From Candidatus Nanohalobium sp. (GTDB lineage Archaea > Nanohalarchaeota > Nanosalinia > Nanosalinales > Nanosalinaceae): a DNA stretch of 64,000 nucleotides. The position numbers were made by a program, and so were the translations under genes. The stretch is from contig JBDGSL010000002.1 in NCBI GenBank assembly GCA_042217555.1, positions 32,001 to 96,000 on the forward strand, read 5' to 3'. Numbering within the stretch: the stretch's first letter is position 1; each line of letters opens with the position of its first letter. Positions 9,503 to 20,134 of this stretch are shown here, one piece after another. Under the pieces are notes generated by a model that saw only the letters and a list, made by a program, of their open reading frames with translations, was not told where the DNA came from and made no database searches.

Positions 9503-10305
9503 TAAGAATAGGAATCCACAAGCCTGTCGTTCTCATTGTACAACCTGACTTCTCCACCGCCGTTGAGAATATTCAGCCCGGACTCCACAACGGCACTACT
9601 TTCCGGTTCTATACCCACACTCTCAAGCTCTTCCCTGCTACTGGAATAGAATACAGTCTCCTCACCTGTACCAATACTTCTTTCAAGCTTCAACACCTCC
9701 TTTATCACTCCTTCCGAATCCACAGTCTTTACCTTCCACTCATCCATATCCACCTTCTTATCTCCGGTATTGGACAGTGTGAAATGCTCCACAGTGTCAT
9801 TCCTTGCAACAACGTCAAGCTCCACATCCGGCAACATACTGCTGACTACCATCTGTTTCCTCTTTCGGGCCTCCGACATCCTGGACCTGAACTTCTTCCT
9901 CAGAATCTTTCTCACCTCTTCCGCCTTCTCCTTGGCTTCGCCTTCAAAACCAGAGATATTCTCACCGTCCCTGAAACCTGTCTTGAACCTTCCATAAGGT
10001 GTCTGAACTACAGTTATGGAATAATTACTGGTTCTTTTCTTCTTGATAAATCCCTGTGGAGTCCTCAGAACTGAAATGTTCCTCCTGTAACTTACGTTAG
10101 AGCTAAGCTTTGAACTGCTTCCCAGAATTGACATCACTACTTTTCCAGGTTCAAACTCTACTTCAAACCGGTCTGAAAACCTTGAATCTATAACACCATG
10201 TAAATCAGATCTTTCCTTGATCTCAACACTTTGAGAAGCCGCAGGTATAGAAATCAGAACCACTGCAAGCAGTGCAAAAACGACAGAGTCCCGGGCTCCA
10301 TCCAT
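9499..10305 (-). CDS. Secreted protein with a lamin-tail-like C-terminal domain
   Basis: Signal peptide; EHFTLSNTGDKKVDMDEWKV...LNGGGEVRLYNENDRLVDSYSY pattern. Confidence 0.6.
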   Translation of the reverse strand: MDGARDSVVFALLAVVLISIPAASQSVEIKERSDLHGVIDSRFSDRFEVEFEPGKVVMSILGSSSKLSSNVSYRRNISVLRTPQGFIKKKRTSNYSITVVQTPYGRFKTGFRDGENISGFEGEAKEKAEEVRKILRKKFRSRMSEARKRKQMVVSSMLPDVELDVVARNDTVEHFTLSNTGDKKVDMDEWKVKTVDSEGVIKEVLKLERSIGTGEETVFYSSSREELESVGIEPESSAVVESGLNILNGGGEVRLYNENDRLVDSYSY

Positions 10306-10398
10306 GCAGAACCTGTGCCCGGGAAAAGTTAAATACTTACCTTTGTTGCGGTCAAAGTCTCTGTCCTTCAGATCCGGAGAGAGGGAGATTTTACTTGA

Positions 10399-11556
10399 TC
10401 ACAGTGCTACGAGTACAGGTATCAGAAGTACTGCCATGCAGCAGGCCCTGCAGTTATTTATCATGCTGTAAAACCCGATGCCGGAGGCTGTGATCAGTGT
10501 TACAAGGCCAAACCACCCGCTCAGGACATAGGAAAGAATCAGTAGAAGCAAGAGTATTGAGAAGCCTGTTAAACGGAAGTTTATAGACCTGACTATTCTG
10601 AGAAACAGTTTATGTGTTCTCAGCGCCAGTAACGCTGAGAACCCGGCGCAAAACACTGAAAGCCCGATAAGTGTGAACATCTCGTAAGGCATTATATTGC
10701 CCAGGCTTTTGAGTGCTACGGAAGCACCTGAACGTGATTTATCCAGCGTGAGCAGCGCCAGGAAGGATACTACTATGTCTGTAGTGTTGACTCCTCCCAT
10801 GCCGGCAAGAAAGTCGTACTCGTCGTCCATAACAGGTGAGAGGAAAGTCGTGGCTCCTGCAGCGCCTACTCCGGGAACAGTACCTGCTATCAGTCCTGCA
10901 GCCATGCCTGTCATACTTCCTCTGAAACCGTTGAAATCTCCTTCCTCCTGTTCCGGCAGTTCAAAGTCACGCTTCAGAGAAGAACTTACTGCAGGAACGG
11001 CGAAAAGCCCGGAGAATACAGGCATAAGTATAAAGCTTCCTGAAAGACTGCTGTTGAGGGACAGGATTCCAAGCAAGCCGCTTACTGCCGCTGTTACAAC
11101 TGCCTCCAACGAGAAGTTCTCGAAGACAAGAAAGAACAGGAAGAAAGCGACAAGGTAAGCCATCAAAGGCTGAACCAGTGAGTAGACATCCTCCAGGAAA
11201 ACCACAAGAAACGGCAGAGCCAGGGTAACAGTGATGACAGATACCAGGCCGCCAAGAAGTGTGGCATTAAACGCTTCAGGCCCTCTTCCTTCAGCAGCTT
11301 TCTCTGCTCCTGGCATTGACGAAAGTGCTGTGCTTGCTTCCGGAGCCTGAAGGTAAATCGAAGGAATGAAGTCGTGGAAAGTATGTGATATGGAGATACC
11401 GGAGACGAACGCAGCGTAGCTCACCAGTTCAAGACCTGAGGAAAGGTAGAACGGTATAGAACTGAATATAACTGTGTTGGGATGTATACCCGGTGTTACG
11501 CCGGTGAGGGCTCCTGCAAGAACTCCTGCAAGTCCGAGTGACAGAAGATCTATCAT
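10399..11556 (-). CDS. TctA/DUF112-family membrane protein
   Basis: TGVTPGIHPN and HTFHDFIPSIY motifs; many TM segments; start trimmed to MIDLLS. Confidence 0.85.
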   Translation of the reverse strand: MIDLLSLGLAGVLAGALTGVTPGIHPNTVIFSSIPFYLSSGLELVSYAAFVSGISISHTFHDFIPSIYLQAPEASTALSSMPGAEKAAEGRGPEAFNATLLGGLVSVITVTLALPFLVVFLEDVYSLVQPLMAYLVAFFLFFLVFENFSLEAVVTAAVSGLLGILSLNSSLSGSFILMPVFSGLFAVPAVSSSLKRDFELPEQEEGDFNGFRGSMTGMAAGLIAGTVPGVGAAGATTFLSPVMDDEYDFLAGMGGVNTTDIVVSFLALLTLDKSRSGASVALKSLGNIMPYEMFTLIGLSVFCAGFSALLALRTHKLFLRIVRSINFRLTGFSILLLLLILSYVLSGWFGLVTLITASGIGFYSMINNCRACCMAVLLIPVLVAL

Positions 11557-11617
11557 CCGGTGTCTACACCTGTTTCCTGGCCGCAGTAATTTAAAGAACA
11601 CGACGTAACTAAAGGCT

Positions 11618-11926
11618 ATGTTTGGAGGAAACATGCAGCAGATGATGAAGCAGATGGGCGTTGACATGGAAGAAATCGACGCTGACAAAGTAGAAGTACA
11701 CGTAGGAGACAGGAAAATGGTTTTCAGCAATCCTCAGTTATCTAAGATAAACGCTCAGGGACAGGAAATGTTCCAGCTACAGGGAGATTACTCGGAGCAG
11801 GAGAAAGGCCCTTCTCAGGACGACATCGACCTTGTACAGGAGAAAACAGGTTGCAGCGAGGAAGAAGCTCGTGAAGCACTGAAGGAAGCTGAAGACGTAG
11901 CTGAAGCAGTTATGGAAGTACAGTAA
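11618..11926 (+). CDS. nac: Nascent polypeptide-associated complex protein
   Basis: MQQMMKQMGVDMEEI plus C-terminal UBA-like DIDLVQEKTG...AREAL. Confidence 0.95.
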   Translation: MFGGNMQQMMKQMGVDMEEIDADKVEVHVGDRKMVFSNPQLSKINAQGQEMFQLQGDYSEQEKGPSQDDIDLVQEKTGCSEEEAREALKEAEDVAEAVMEVQ

Positions 11927-11965
11927 ACCATTTTCTCTCCTTATTCTCCTCTACAATCTGCCCTA

Positions 11966-13654
11966 CTATTCTTTTATCTGTTCTATGGTCTTCGCGAATG
12001 CTGGTCTGGTTATCAGGATACCTATCAGGATTCCGAGTATAGTTGTCTTGGCAAACTCGTGGATAGTGGAAAGTGCAGCACCTGACGGCCCGAGACCTGA
12101 TGTGAAGGCTGATACGAGTAAAACGAATACTCCTATCGCAATGAAGTGCCGGTTCGTATCCCTGCTGTACAGACTGTAACCGACAAGCCCTGCACCAGCA
12201 ATACCTATCAACGCTGATATAGGGCCTGGAGAAAGTATAGGCATCATGGCGCCTGCTGTTGACGCAGCAGATGTGAAGATAACGAAGAAAGCTCTTTTCA
12301 TCTTCTTCTGCCATCCTCCCAGGTCCTGCTTCCCTGATTCGTCCGTTATTATTATCTGGTCATCTACTCCTGTACCTACCGCAGCTATTATACCGGCCAC
12401 GGCCGAAAGACTGAGTGTCCCGGCAGTGGTGAAGTACGTACCCAGCAGAATGTAAACTTCCGAAGCACCTGTAAGAACCATAGGTACTACGACACGTGGA
12501 TCTCTGTAACGTGCGAACACAAGAAGTCCAACAGCCAGCAGAGAACCTACAATCGACAGGACGGCAGCTGACATAAACTGCGATCCAAGAGAAGAACTCA
12601 AAGTACTTGAACTTACCGTCTTGACCGATACAGGCAGTCTACCGGACTTCAAGATAGACATCATCCGGTCTCTGGCCTCAACCGCTTTTTCATGCGTCTC
12701 TCCCGGCCCTGAGATCGTGGACTTTGTGACCTCCTTTCTCGAGAAGACTTCCGCCATCAGCAAACCGCTCTCACGGTTACCGTCGACGTAGAGACCGGAG
12801 CGAGCCCACTCACCGTTCTCCATAACAAGGTATCTCTGGCTTCCAATACCGGAGTAAGGCCTGCTACCGTAGTTCTCTGCGATCTGAAGCTGGTTTTCAG
12901 CTGCGTCCTGAGATATTATCACAGGGAAGGTGAACTCGTATCGCGATCCCTGCGGCCTTATCTGGGAGTCGCTCTCCACAACAGACTTTATATCTCTGCC
13001 TGTGTAGACCACGACCTCAAGGTTGGCAGAGCCCGCAGACTCATTGAAACCGCTGTATACAAATGAAGTATTGTATCCTTCTATCCCGTTACGAGGTACT
13101 GAGAAACGTTTTCCTTCCTGAACTGTCTTTGAAAAGTTTTCCAGGCCTGAAACCTTTATAGAATGATTATTTAAAACTGTGAAACTGTATGTGTATTCTC
13201 CAAGGGAGAACTCTCTTTCATCTGCGAGATGGATAGGCATACGTGTCTCGAAGCTTCCCTCCCGCTCTACTATACTCTTCAGCTTTTCAGTGTCGCTCGT
13301 AGCTGACTCGACCTGCACCCGGTACTTTCCATCTCCTATATCTACTGTTCTTACGCTTGGATCAGGGATGTTCGAGTTGGAAAGCCGTATCTCCAAGGTG
13401 TTACGGACCTCCTCGGCCAGTTTACGCAGATCACTGCCTGTCTTGTTGGTCTCAGGCTTCAGCAATATCCTTGTACCGCCGGAGAACTCTATACTGGTCC
13501 TGTTTTCAAGATTGGTTGTGAATCCGACATCGTCTCCACTCATGTCAAAGAACAGTGTAGGACTGTTCCAGGGCACAAGCAGCACTGTTGAAAGCGTAAG
13601 CGCAAGCACAAGCACCCATATCCTCCATTCCTTTGCAAGTTCTCTGAACTCCAT
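11966..13654 (-). CDS. secD: Protein translocase subunit SecD
   Basis: EFSGGT, LKSGRLPV, GTGVDDQIII; paired with secF. Confidence 0.9.
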   Translation of the reverse strand: MEFRELAKEWRIWVLVLALTLSTVLLVPWNSPTLFFDMSGDDVGFTTNLENRTSIEFSGGTRILLKPETNKTGSDLRKLAEEVRNTLEIRLSNSNIPDPSVRTVDIGDGKYRVQVESATSDTEKLKSIVEREGSFETRMPIHLADEREFSLGEYTYSFTVLNNHSIKVSGLENFSKTVQEGKRFSVPRNGIEGYNTSFVYSGFNESAGSANLEVVVYTGRDIKSVVESDSQIRPQGSRYEFTFPVIISQDAAENQLQIAENYGSRPYSGIGSQRYLVMENGEWARSGLYVDGNRESGLLMAEVFSRKEVTKSTISGPGETHEKAVEARDRMMSILKSGRLPVSVKTVSSSTLSSSLGSQFMSAAVLSIVGSLLAVGLLVFARYRDPRVVVPMVLTGASEVYILLGTYFTTAGTLSLSAVAGIIAAVGTGVDDQIIITDESGKQDLGGWQKKMKRAFFVIFTSAASTAGAMMPILSPGPISALIGIAGAGLVGYSLYSRDTNRHFIAIGVFVLLVSAFTSGLGPSGAALSTIHEFAKTTILGILIGILITRPAFAKTIEQIKE

Positions 13655-14572
13655 CTATTCGCCACCTCTGTAGATCAATTTTTCATCCTCTATGTAAGAT
13701 TTCAGTATCGCCGTGTTACCTAGCCATGTCAAAGGCATATCTGCCAGCAAACCTATTATCATTACTGCTGCGATGTTTGAAAGCTCTGAAGGCCCGACAA
13801 TCATGTAAGATATTATGTAAAGCAGTGTGAAACCGGCTATACCTCCGGAACTCATCGTAACACCGGTTTTAAGAGATTCCCACATCCTGTTCTTCAGGCT
13901 TGATCTCTCACGTTTAAGAGATCTTGTGGACAGAACGATGTCGGTGTCAACCGAGTAACCTATAAGCATCAGTAAAGCTGCCAGAGAACCCAGCGTCAGA
14001 GGAATACCCAGGACGGCCATCCCTGCTGAGGCAATGATTATGTCGCCTGCAGCCGCAAATATAACTGCCATCGAAGGAGTGATGTCCTTGAAAGCCACGA
14101 AGATGACAAGACTCATGAAAGTGAAGGCCAGGACGAAAGCTATCTGCGCCTGAAGAAAGAACTGTTCCGAAACCGCAGCAGACATAGTCCTGAAACTCAA
14201 GACTTCCGCGGTGTAGCCGGAGTCCGAAAGTATCTCTTCAACTTTTACCTGTTCTATATCAGGCGGCGGTATCTGAACCAGAAGACTTTCTCCTGTCGTC
14301 GTCTCCTGCCTTATAGCATCTACATCGGTTCTACCGGCTTCCGAGAAAGCACTTTCCACTTCGGAAGGAGTGTAGGAGCCATTGATGTTCAACTGGGCCT
14401 CTGTACCGCCCGCAAAATCAGTTCCCTTCTCAAGGAAAGAACCCGTCTGAGCGTACTGCACTCCAAGTATCGCCACCCCGATCAGAACAAGTACCAGGGG
14501 AACAAGAAAGAACTTCTGATGCTCGTCGTATACTCTGCTGTATTTCTCCTCAAGTTTTTCTTCCAGCTTCAC
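13655..14572 (-). CDS. secF: Protein translocase subunit SecF
   Basis: GTDFAGGT and LMLIGYSVDTDI motifs. Confidence 0.93.
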   Translation of the reverse strand: MKLEEKLEEKYSRVYDEHQKFFLVPLVLVLIGVAILGVQYAQTGSFLEKGTDFAGGTEAQLNINGSYTPSEVESAFSEAGRTDVDAIRQETTTGESLLVQIPPPDIEQVKVEEILSDSGYTAEVLSFRTMSAAVSEQFFLQAQIAFVLAFTFMSLVIFVAFKDITPSMAVIFAAAGDIIIASAGMAVLGIPLTLGSLAALLMLIGYSVDTDIVLSTRSLKRERSSLKNRMWESLKTGVTMSSGGIAGFTLLYIISYMIVGPSELSNIAAVMIIGLLADMPLTWLGNTAILKSYIEDEKLIYRGGE

Positions 14573-14681
14573 AGAAAAACTTCCTATCTTGGAATACTTT
14601 TAAACCTGTCTCGAAGGCAGGGGAAGGGGGGGGAAGGAGGTAAGCTCATAAAAAACATGTAACACTAAATTCAATTCAAGC

Positions 14682-17345
14682 ATGGACCTGTCCGAAAAAC
14701 TTGAAGAGTACGGCGGCAGCCTGGAAAGAGATAATTTCACAAGTAAAATACGGAAGCACTGGCAGATTCCTTCCCTCGCAGCGGTTTTTCTACTGGCTCT
14801 TACAGTTCGATACATGCCTGCAAACGGCATGAAGCACCTTCAGGCAGTAGACCCTTACTTCATCTTCAGGAACGCACAGCACCTTGCACTGGAAGGAAAC
14901 CTGCCTCGGATAGACTTCCACCGGTACTTCCCGTACACCTCTCCCACTTACCTGTACAACAACGGTGAATTTGTTATACCGGCTGTTCTGCACAGTGCAG
15001 GTTTCGGACTGTTTTTCGACACGTTCCTTGAATGGGCGCAGTTCTACCCTGCGATGATGGGAGCACTGTCAGTCCTTACCATGTACTTCCTCGGTAAAGA
15101 ACTTTACGGCAGGAAAACAGGTATATCAGCTGCTTTCTTCCTCGCAGTTATAGCCGGAGCGCTCAGAAGGACGTCAGCAGGATTCTTCGACAAGGAGCCG
15201 AGTGGAACGTTCTTCATGATGACATCACTCCTGTTCTTCACCCGGGCCTGGAAACAGGAAAGCTGGCCTAACGGTTTACTATCCGGGCTTTCACTTGGAC
15301 TCTTCACGGTTTCCTGGGGAGGAAGCCAGATGCTGTGGCTGCTATACCCTGTTGTAACTGGCGCAGTGCTTTTCATAGACCAGGATATAAAATCTCTGGT
15401 CTCTTCGTACACTCCTACAGTACTTTTGGCAGGTTTCACAGCCTCCATACTTAACCCGGGTAACTTCTGGTTCACGGACACGCTCTTCCTTGCTAACCTT
15501 GCGGTCCTGACAGGTCTATGGGCCCGGTACCTGGTCGAGAAACTGAATATCATAGAGAGGTCCCGGCTACCTTACTTCGTTCCCGGGATGGCGGTCTTCG
15601 GAGGCGTAATGGCGGTTCTTTCCCCTCTTTACTCCGATTTCGTAGCCAGCAACATAATCAAAGTGTTCAAGATCGCGGATGCAGCTTCAGGAGGAGTGAT
15701 CGGAGGAACCGTCGCTGAAAACGCACCGCCAGGAGCTGACAGCCTGATGAGAAGCCTGGGCTCAGGTCTATTATCAGGTATCGGCCAAGGAACAGAACTT
15801 GTAGGTATGATGGTAAGTCCCTGGACCCTGATGCTTTTCTCAGTCTCCTTCACTCTGACCGCAGGAGTCCTGATGGCCGCAAGAAAATACGGTCTGACAG
15901 GAGAAACCGTTCCCGGAAGGAAGAAGGCAGCATACATACAGGCATCCTTTGTAGCAGTCATGATAGCGCTCATGGGCCTGTTACAGACATACGTCTTCAT
16001 AACTGCAGTTATGGCTCTCCTGATGGGATCATTCCTGTACATAGTCTTATACATGCTTGAGGAGGACTCAGCATACAGTATCGGTACCATGCTGATGACC
16101 GGCCTGGCACTGGGAGCAGCAATGTACTCGTACAGGTTCTCAGGCGGTTTATTTACTTCTCTTAGCCTGCTAACCTTTTTACCAGCTTTCCTTGCAGCTG
16201 TGTCATCTATAGTACTGCATTACACGTACAGCTTCCCGGAGAAAGAACTGGAGTACCGCTGGCATCTTATCATTCCTCTTACATGGATAGTTTCGAACGT
16301 AGCAGTTACAACTGTACGTTCACGTCTCGTGTTCCTTTCAACGTTTGCTGTATCTCTTGGCGCCGGCCATGCACTTGCAAGGATAGTTGAGAAGCTGAAG
16401 GTGCTTGACTACAGCCATGTATACATGGTTGAACAGGAAAGACTGGAACAGTTCGTACCGGCACTGCTAGTCGTGCTGACGGTTGCTGCAACACTTTTCT
16501 CCGGTCTTACCATGGCTCAAAGCATCAGAGGATCTCCATCACCTTCACCACAGATATGGGAGCCAAGTCTGGACTATATGAGCAACGAAACACCCGAGGG
16601 ATCGGTTGTAATGTCCTGGTGGGACTACGGCTACTACTTCGAGGAACTGGGAAGAAGGCCTGCAGTGGCAGACGGTATGAACGCAGGTTACTACACCAGT
16701 GAGACCCGGGCAGTTAACATGCCGCTGGCAGACTACCTTAACTCCACAGCCTCCAACCCTCAGGACAGAGAGTTCCTGAAGAAACACTCTGTGGACTACC
16801 TGTGGCTTGACTACAGCATGATAGGAAAGTTCGCCGCTGTAAGCCAGATATCCAACAGGGATAACTCGAAGTATGAGGTTATAGCCCGTGCATACACTCC
16901 TGAAACACTGCCTAACTCGATCAGCAGGGATGGCAACCAGACCGTGGCTACGTTCCAGGGAAGGATGGGGAGAAGAACAGTGGAAATATACGCACCTGTC
17001 GGTTTCTCCAACACAACGGCTGAGTTAACAGGGCCGCCTACAGTCCGGTTTTCAAACGGTTTAACAGCGAAGATCGGCTGCGTCCTCACAGAAAATGGAA
17101 GAAAGACCTACGACGTTGACAACAATCTAGGGTTCTGTGCCTCTGAAGATCCTTTCTACAGCCTGGAGAGAGGAATGGCAGGAGCAAGGTCGCGCATGGT
17201 GCTCGTACCGAAGAAGATAGCCAACTCGACTTTCGTAAAGCTGTACATACAGGACGGTCACGGCGTGGAATACGCTGAAAAGATCCCGGAAGCATCTAAT
17301 GGCTACATAAAGATGTGGAAGGTTGATCTGAGGGAAGAGAAGTGA
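14682..17345 (+). CDS. aglB: Oligosaccharyltransferase AglB (STT3 family)
   Basis: DPY, GFFDKE, TVAEN and SWWDYG motifs; multi-TM. Confidence 0.95.
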   Translation: MDLSEKLEEYGGSLERDNFTSKIRKHWQIPSLAAVFLLALTVRYMPANGMKHLQAVDPYFIFRNAQHLALEGNLPRIDFHRYFPYTSPTYLYNNGEFVIPAVLHSAGFGLFFDTFLEWAQFYPAMMGALSVLTMYFLGKELYGRKTGISAAFFLAVIAGALRRTSAGFFDKEPSGTFFMMTSLLFFTRAWKQESWPNGLLSGLSLGLFTVSWGGSQMLWLLYPVVTGAVLFIDQDIKSLVSSYTPTVLLAGFTASILNPGNFWFTDTLFLANLAVLTGLWARYLVEKLNIIERSRLPYFVPGMAVFGGVMAVLSPLYSDFVASNIIKVFKIADAASGGVIGGTVAENAPPGADSLMRSLGSGLLSGIGQGTELVGMMVSPWTLMLFSVSFTLTAGVLMAARKYGLTGETVPGRKKAAYIQASFVAVMIALMGLLQTYVFITAVMALLMGSFLYIVLYMLEEDSAYSIGTMLMTGLALGAAMYSYRFSGGLFTSLSLLTFLPAFLAAVSSIVLHYTYSFPEKELEYRWHLIIPLTWIVSNVAVTTVRSRLVFLSTFAVSLGAGHALARIVEKLKVLDYSHVYMVEQERLEQFVPALLVVLTVAATLFSGLTMAQSIRGSPSPSPQIWEPSLDYMSNETPEGSVVMSWWDYGYYFEELGRRPAVADGMNAGYYTSETRAVNMPLADYLNSTASNPQDREFLKKHSVDYLWLDYSMIGKFAAVSQISNRDNSKYEVIARAYTPETLPNSISRDGNQTVATFQGRMGRRTVEIYAPVGFSNTTAELTGPPTVRFSNGLTAKIGCVLTENGRKTYDVDNNLGFCASEDPFYSLERGMAGARSRMVLVPKKIANSTFVKLYIQDGHGVEYAEKIPEASNGYIKMWKVDLREEK

Positions 17346-18463
17346 TGATCGCGCTTCTACTCTCTCTTCTGACCGGTTTCCTTGCAGTTTTATTCGGCGT
17401 GCCTTACGCGAGAAACTTTCTTCTGTCCTCAGGGATATACGGGATCGACCAGCAGAAGAAGGAGAAACCCAGGCTGCCTACATCAGGAGGGGTAGTGGTT
17501 CTGTTCGGCTTCCTGTTATCCATAACATTCTACACCGGTATCTCATCTCTTCTACGGCCTCAGGGCATAGACAACGCCCTCATGTTTGCAGGTCTTTCAT
17601 CAGTCAACATAATAGCACTTATAGGGCTGCTTGACGACATACACATCGACCTTGAATCCCTGATACATGAACACACGGGAGAGGAAGTAGAGATCGACCT
17701 CGTGGAAGAGGTACAGGTACCAGGCGCCAGATTCTTCACCAGGATAACAGGAGACTTCACAGACTCCACCAACTCAGATGTACATCGGGAGGGCCTAAGC
17801 CAGATACCTAAAATGCTCTTCGTGCTTCCCGCAGCCTTCCCTCTAATGGCTGTAGGAGCGGGCTCATGGACAATGACACTGCCTGTGATCCAGTACACAG
17901 TCAACTGGGGGCTGATATATCCTCTCGTGATCCTCCCATTGATGCTGCTGTTCGTCGCCAACGTAGTAAACCTGCTGGCAGGAACAAACGGGCTCTCAAC
18001 GGGCATGAGCGCAGTAGCAGCCGCAGCAATGACAGTATTTGCCGCACTAAACGGCAGGACCGAAGCCATGGTGCTCTCAGCATCACTTGCCTCAACACTC
18101 ACAGCTTTCTACATCTACAACCGTTACCCAGCCTCTATACTCCCAGGAGACTCACTTCCATATCTTTCAGGAGCAGTACTCTTCACTACAGCAGTTATAG
18201 GCAACATGGAAAAGTTCGCAGTCTTCATCTTCATACCCTGGTTCCTTGAGTTCGTTTTGAAGCTCAGAAGCAGGATGAGCGCCCACTCATGGGGAATACT
18301 TCAGGAAGACGGCACACTAAAACCACAGCACGAGAAAACCTACTCCCTTACACATCCACTTATGAGGCATGGAATGAACGAAAAACAGATAACACAGACG
18401 CTCGTAACTTTCCAGGCGATCATCTCCGTGACAGGCCTCATACTCTTTCACACAGTACTATGA
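17342..18463 (+). CDS. MraY/GPT-family polyprenyl-phosphate GlcNAc-1-phosphate transferase (AglH-like)
   Basis: PTSGG, GLLDD, NLLAGTNG and YPASILPGDS motifs. Confidence 0.88.
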   Translation: MMIALLLSLLTGFLAVLFGVPYARNFLLSSGIYGIDQQKKEKPRLPTSGGVVVLFGFLLSITFYTGISSLLRPQGIDNALMFAGLSSVNIIALIGLLDDIHIDLESLIHEHTGEEVEIDLVEEVQVPGARFFTRITGDFTDSTNSDVHREGLSQIPKMLFVLPAAFPLMAVGAGSWTMTLPVIQYTVNWGLIYPLVILPLMLLFVANVVNLLAGTNGLSTGMSAVAAAAMTVFAALNGRTEAMVLSASLASTLTAFYIYNRYPASILPGDSLPYLSGAVLFTTAVIGNMEKFAVFIFIPWFLEFVLKLRSRMSAHSWGILQEDGTLKPQHEKTYSLTHPLMRHGMNEKQITQTLVTFQAIISVTGLILFHTVL

Positions 18464-18654
18464 CATACTACCAGTGCCCTGACTGCGGCTACAGGCAGAG
18501 AAGCGAAGCAGAAAAAAGAGTTAAATGCCACAGATGCGGCCGCAGCTACCTCAAGAAAGACGCCAAGAAGTTCTCATCGAAAACTGACGACATGGACGAA
18601 GAAGACAGGAAAAAAGCCGGATTCCACAACTACTCCAAAGACAGTGAAGACTAA
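18460..18654 (+). CDS. Small zinc-ribbon (CPxCG) protein
   Basis: MTYYQCPDCGY...KCHRCGRSY; ATGA overlap. Confidence 0.8.
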   Translation: MTYYQCPDCGYRQRSEAEKRVKCHRCGRSYLKKDAKKFSSKTDDMDEEDRKKAGFHNYSKDSED

Positions 18655-18674
18655 TCTCCATCTCCATATAACTC

Positions 18675-19580
18675 TTGAAGACTGCAGACACAACCGTGAA
18701 AACAAAAACACTGGAAGCACCGAACTTCGACCTTGAAGAAACCATGACCTGTGGCCAGACCTTCTGCTGGCACAGAACACAGGGAAAACTCTACAGGAAC
18801 AAAGACCGGACATCGTCCAGAGAAGTATCGGACAGGTTCTACACCTTCAGAAAACAGAGACCACTGATAGTAGAACAGGAGGACGAAAAACTCCACGTCC
18901 AGACAGAACTTGATAAAGATGAAGTTGAAGAAGCACTGGGACTTCACCACGACCTGGAAGATATATTTGAAAGGTTTCCTGAAGACTCAAGACTGGAAAA
19001 AGCCCGGCAAGAACTCTGGGGATTGAGAATAGTCCAGGACGAGTTCTTCCCCTGCCTCATCTCATATCTCTGCTCACCTCAGATGAGGATCCCACGGATC
19101 AAAAAGATGCACAACCAGATAGCCCGGAAATACGGCGAACTCCATGAGACAGACGGAGAGAAACTTCTCAGGTTCCCGACACAAAAAGAACTCTCTCAGG
19201 CTTCAGAAGATGAGCTGAGAGAACTGGGTATCGGCTACAGGGCAAAGTACATATCCGAGACGCTGGATATTCTGGAAGATGGCTTCAACCACTCCGAGAT
19301 GGACAAAATGGAGTACATCGAAGCTCGTAGACACCTCAAACAGCTCTACGGCGTCGGCGACAAGGTAGCTGACTGCATCCTCCTCTTCTCCAAAGGATTC
19401 TACCAGGCATATCCTCTTGACACATGGGCTTTACAGGCGGTCGAAAAACACTACCCTGAGCATCATTCGGATGACTACGATGAAACTTCCGAAAACCTGA
19501 GAAATCACTTCGGAGACTACTCCGGATACGCACAAGAATATATCTTTCACGCCGCAAGAAAAGGAATTATAGAGGTGTAG
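18675..19580 (+). CDS. 8-oxoguanine DNA glycosylase (OGG1-like, HhH-GPD)
   Basis: CGQTFCW, LGIGYRAKYI, GVGDKVADCILLF, YPLD. Confidence 0.9.
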   Translation: MKTADTTVKTKTLEAPNFDLEETMTCGQTFCWHRTQGKLYRNKDRTSSREVSDRFYTFRKQRPLIVEQEDEKLHVQTELDKDEVEEALGLHHDLEDIFERFPEDSRLEKARQELWGLRIVQDEFFPCLISYLCSPQMRIPRIKKMHNQIARKYGELHETDGEKLLRFPTQKELSQASEDELRELGIGYRAKYISETLDILEDGFNHSEMDKMEYIEARRHLKQLYGVGDKVADCILLFSKGFYQAYPLDTWALQAVEKHYPEHHSDDYDETSENLRNHFGDYSGYAQEYIFHAARKGIIEV

Positions 19581-19583
19581 AAA

Positions 19584-19895
19584 ATGTCTCTGAGTGAAGA
19601 ACAGAAGAAGATCGAGGAATTCATGCAAAGATACGACATGAGGGGTACTCCGGAGTTCCAGATAATAGATTTAATGGCTGAAGTAGGTGAAGTCGCTGGT
19701 GATGTGACAAAGTCATCTGAATACGGTTTAGAGAAAAACAAAATGGATGTGAAGAAGGATGAACTCGGTGACGTGTTTTTCTCGCTTTTTGCAGTATGTA
19801 GTTCTTTAGGTATAGATTCAGAAGAAGCTCTTGAAACCGCTTTGGAGAAGTACGAGGATAGGATAATTGAGAAGGGTGATCCGGGATCGAAGTAA
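19584..19895 (+). CDS. MazG-like nucleotide pyrophosphohydrolase
   Basis: AEVGEVA...DELGDV. Confidence 0.88.
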   Translation: MSLSEEQKKIEEFMQRYDMRGTPEFQIIDLMAEVGEVAGDVTKSSEYGLEKNKMDVKKDELGDVFFSLFAVCSSLGIDSEEALETALEKYEDRIIEKGDPGSK

Positions 19896-19897
19896 CC

Positions 19898-20098
19898 TTG
19901 ATCAGAGATGACCTTGAAGATAAGCAGGAGAAGGTTCTGGAGGTAGAAGACGGATTAAGTGTTTCGGAGTTCCTTGAAAAACAGGGTATTGAAAGACAGG
20001 AGGTTTTAGTTTCCCGTAACAGCACTATAATCTCTGGTAGTCATACCTTGGAGGATGGAGACACTGTAGAAGTGTTTGATGTCATCGCAGGCGGTTGA
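19898..20098 (+). CDS. Ubiquitin-like ThiS/MoaD/SAMP protein
   Basis: Beta-grasp size; LEDGDTVEVFDVIAGG with C-terminal GG. Confidence 0.85.
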   Translation: MIRDDLEDKQEKVLEVEDGLSVSEFLEKQGIERQEVLVSRNSTIISGSHTLEDGDTVEVFDVIAGG

Positions 20099-20134
20099 TA
20101 CCCTTTTATTGTTTCACGTACATACCATGAAGTA

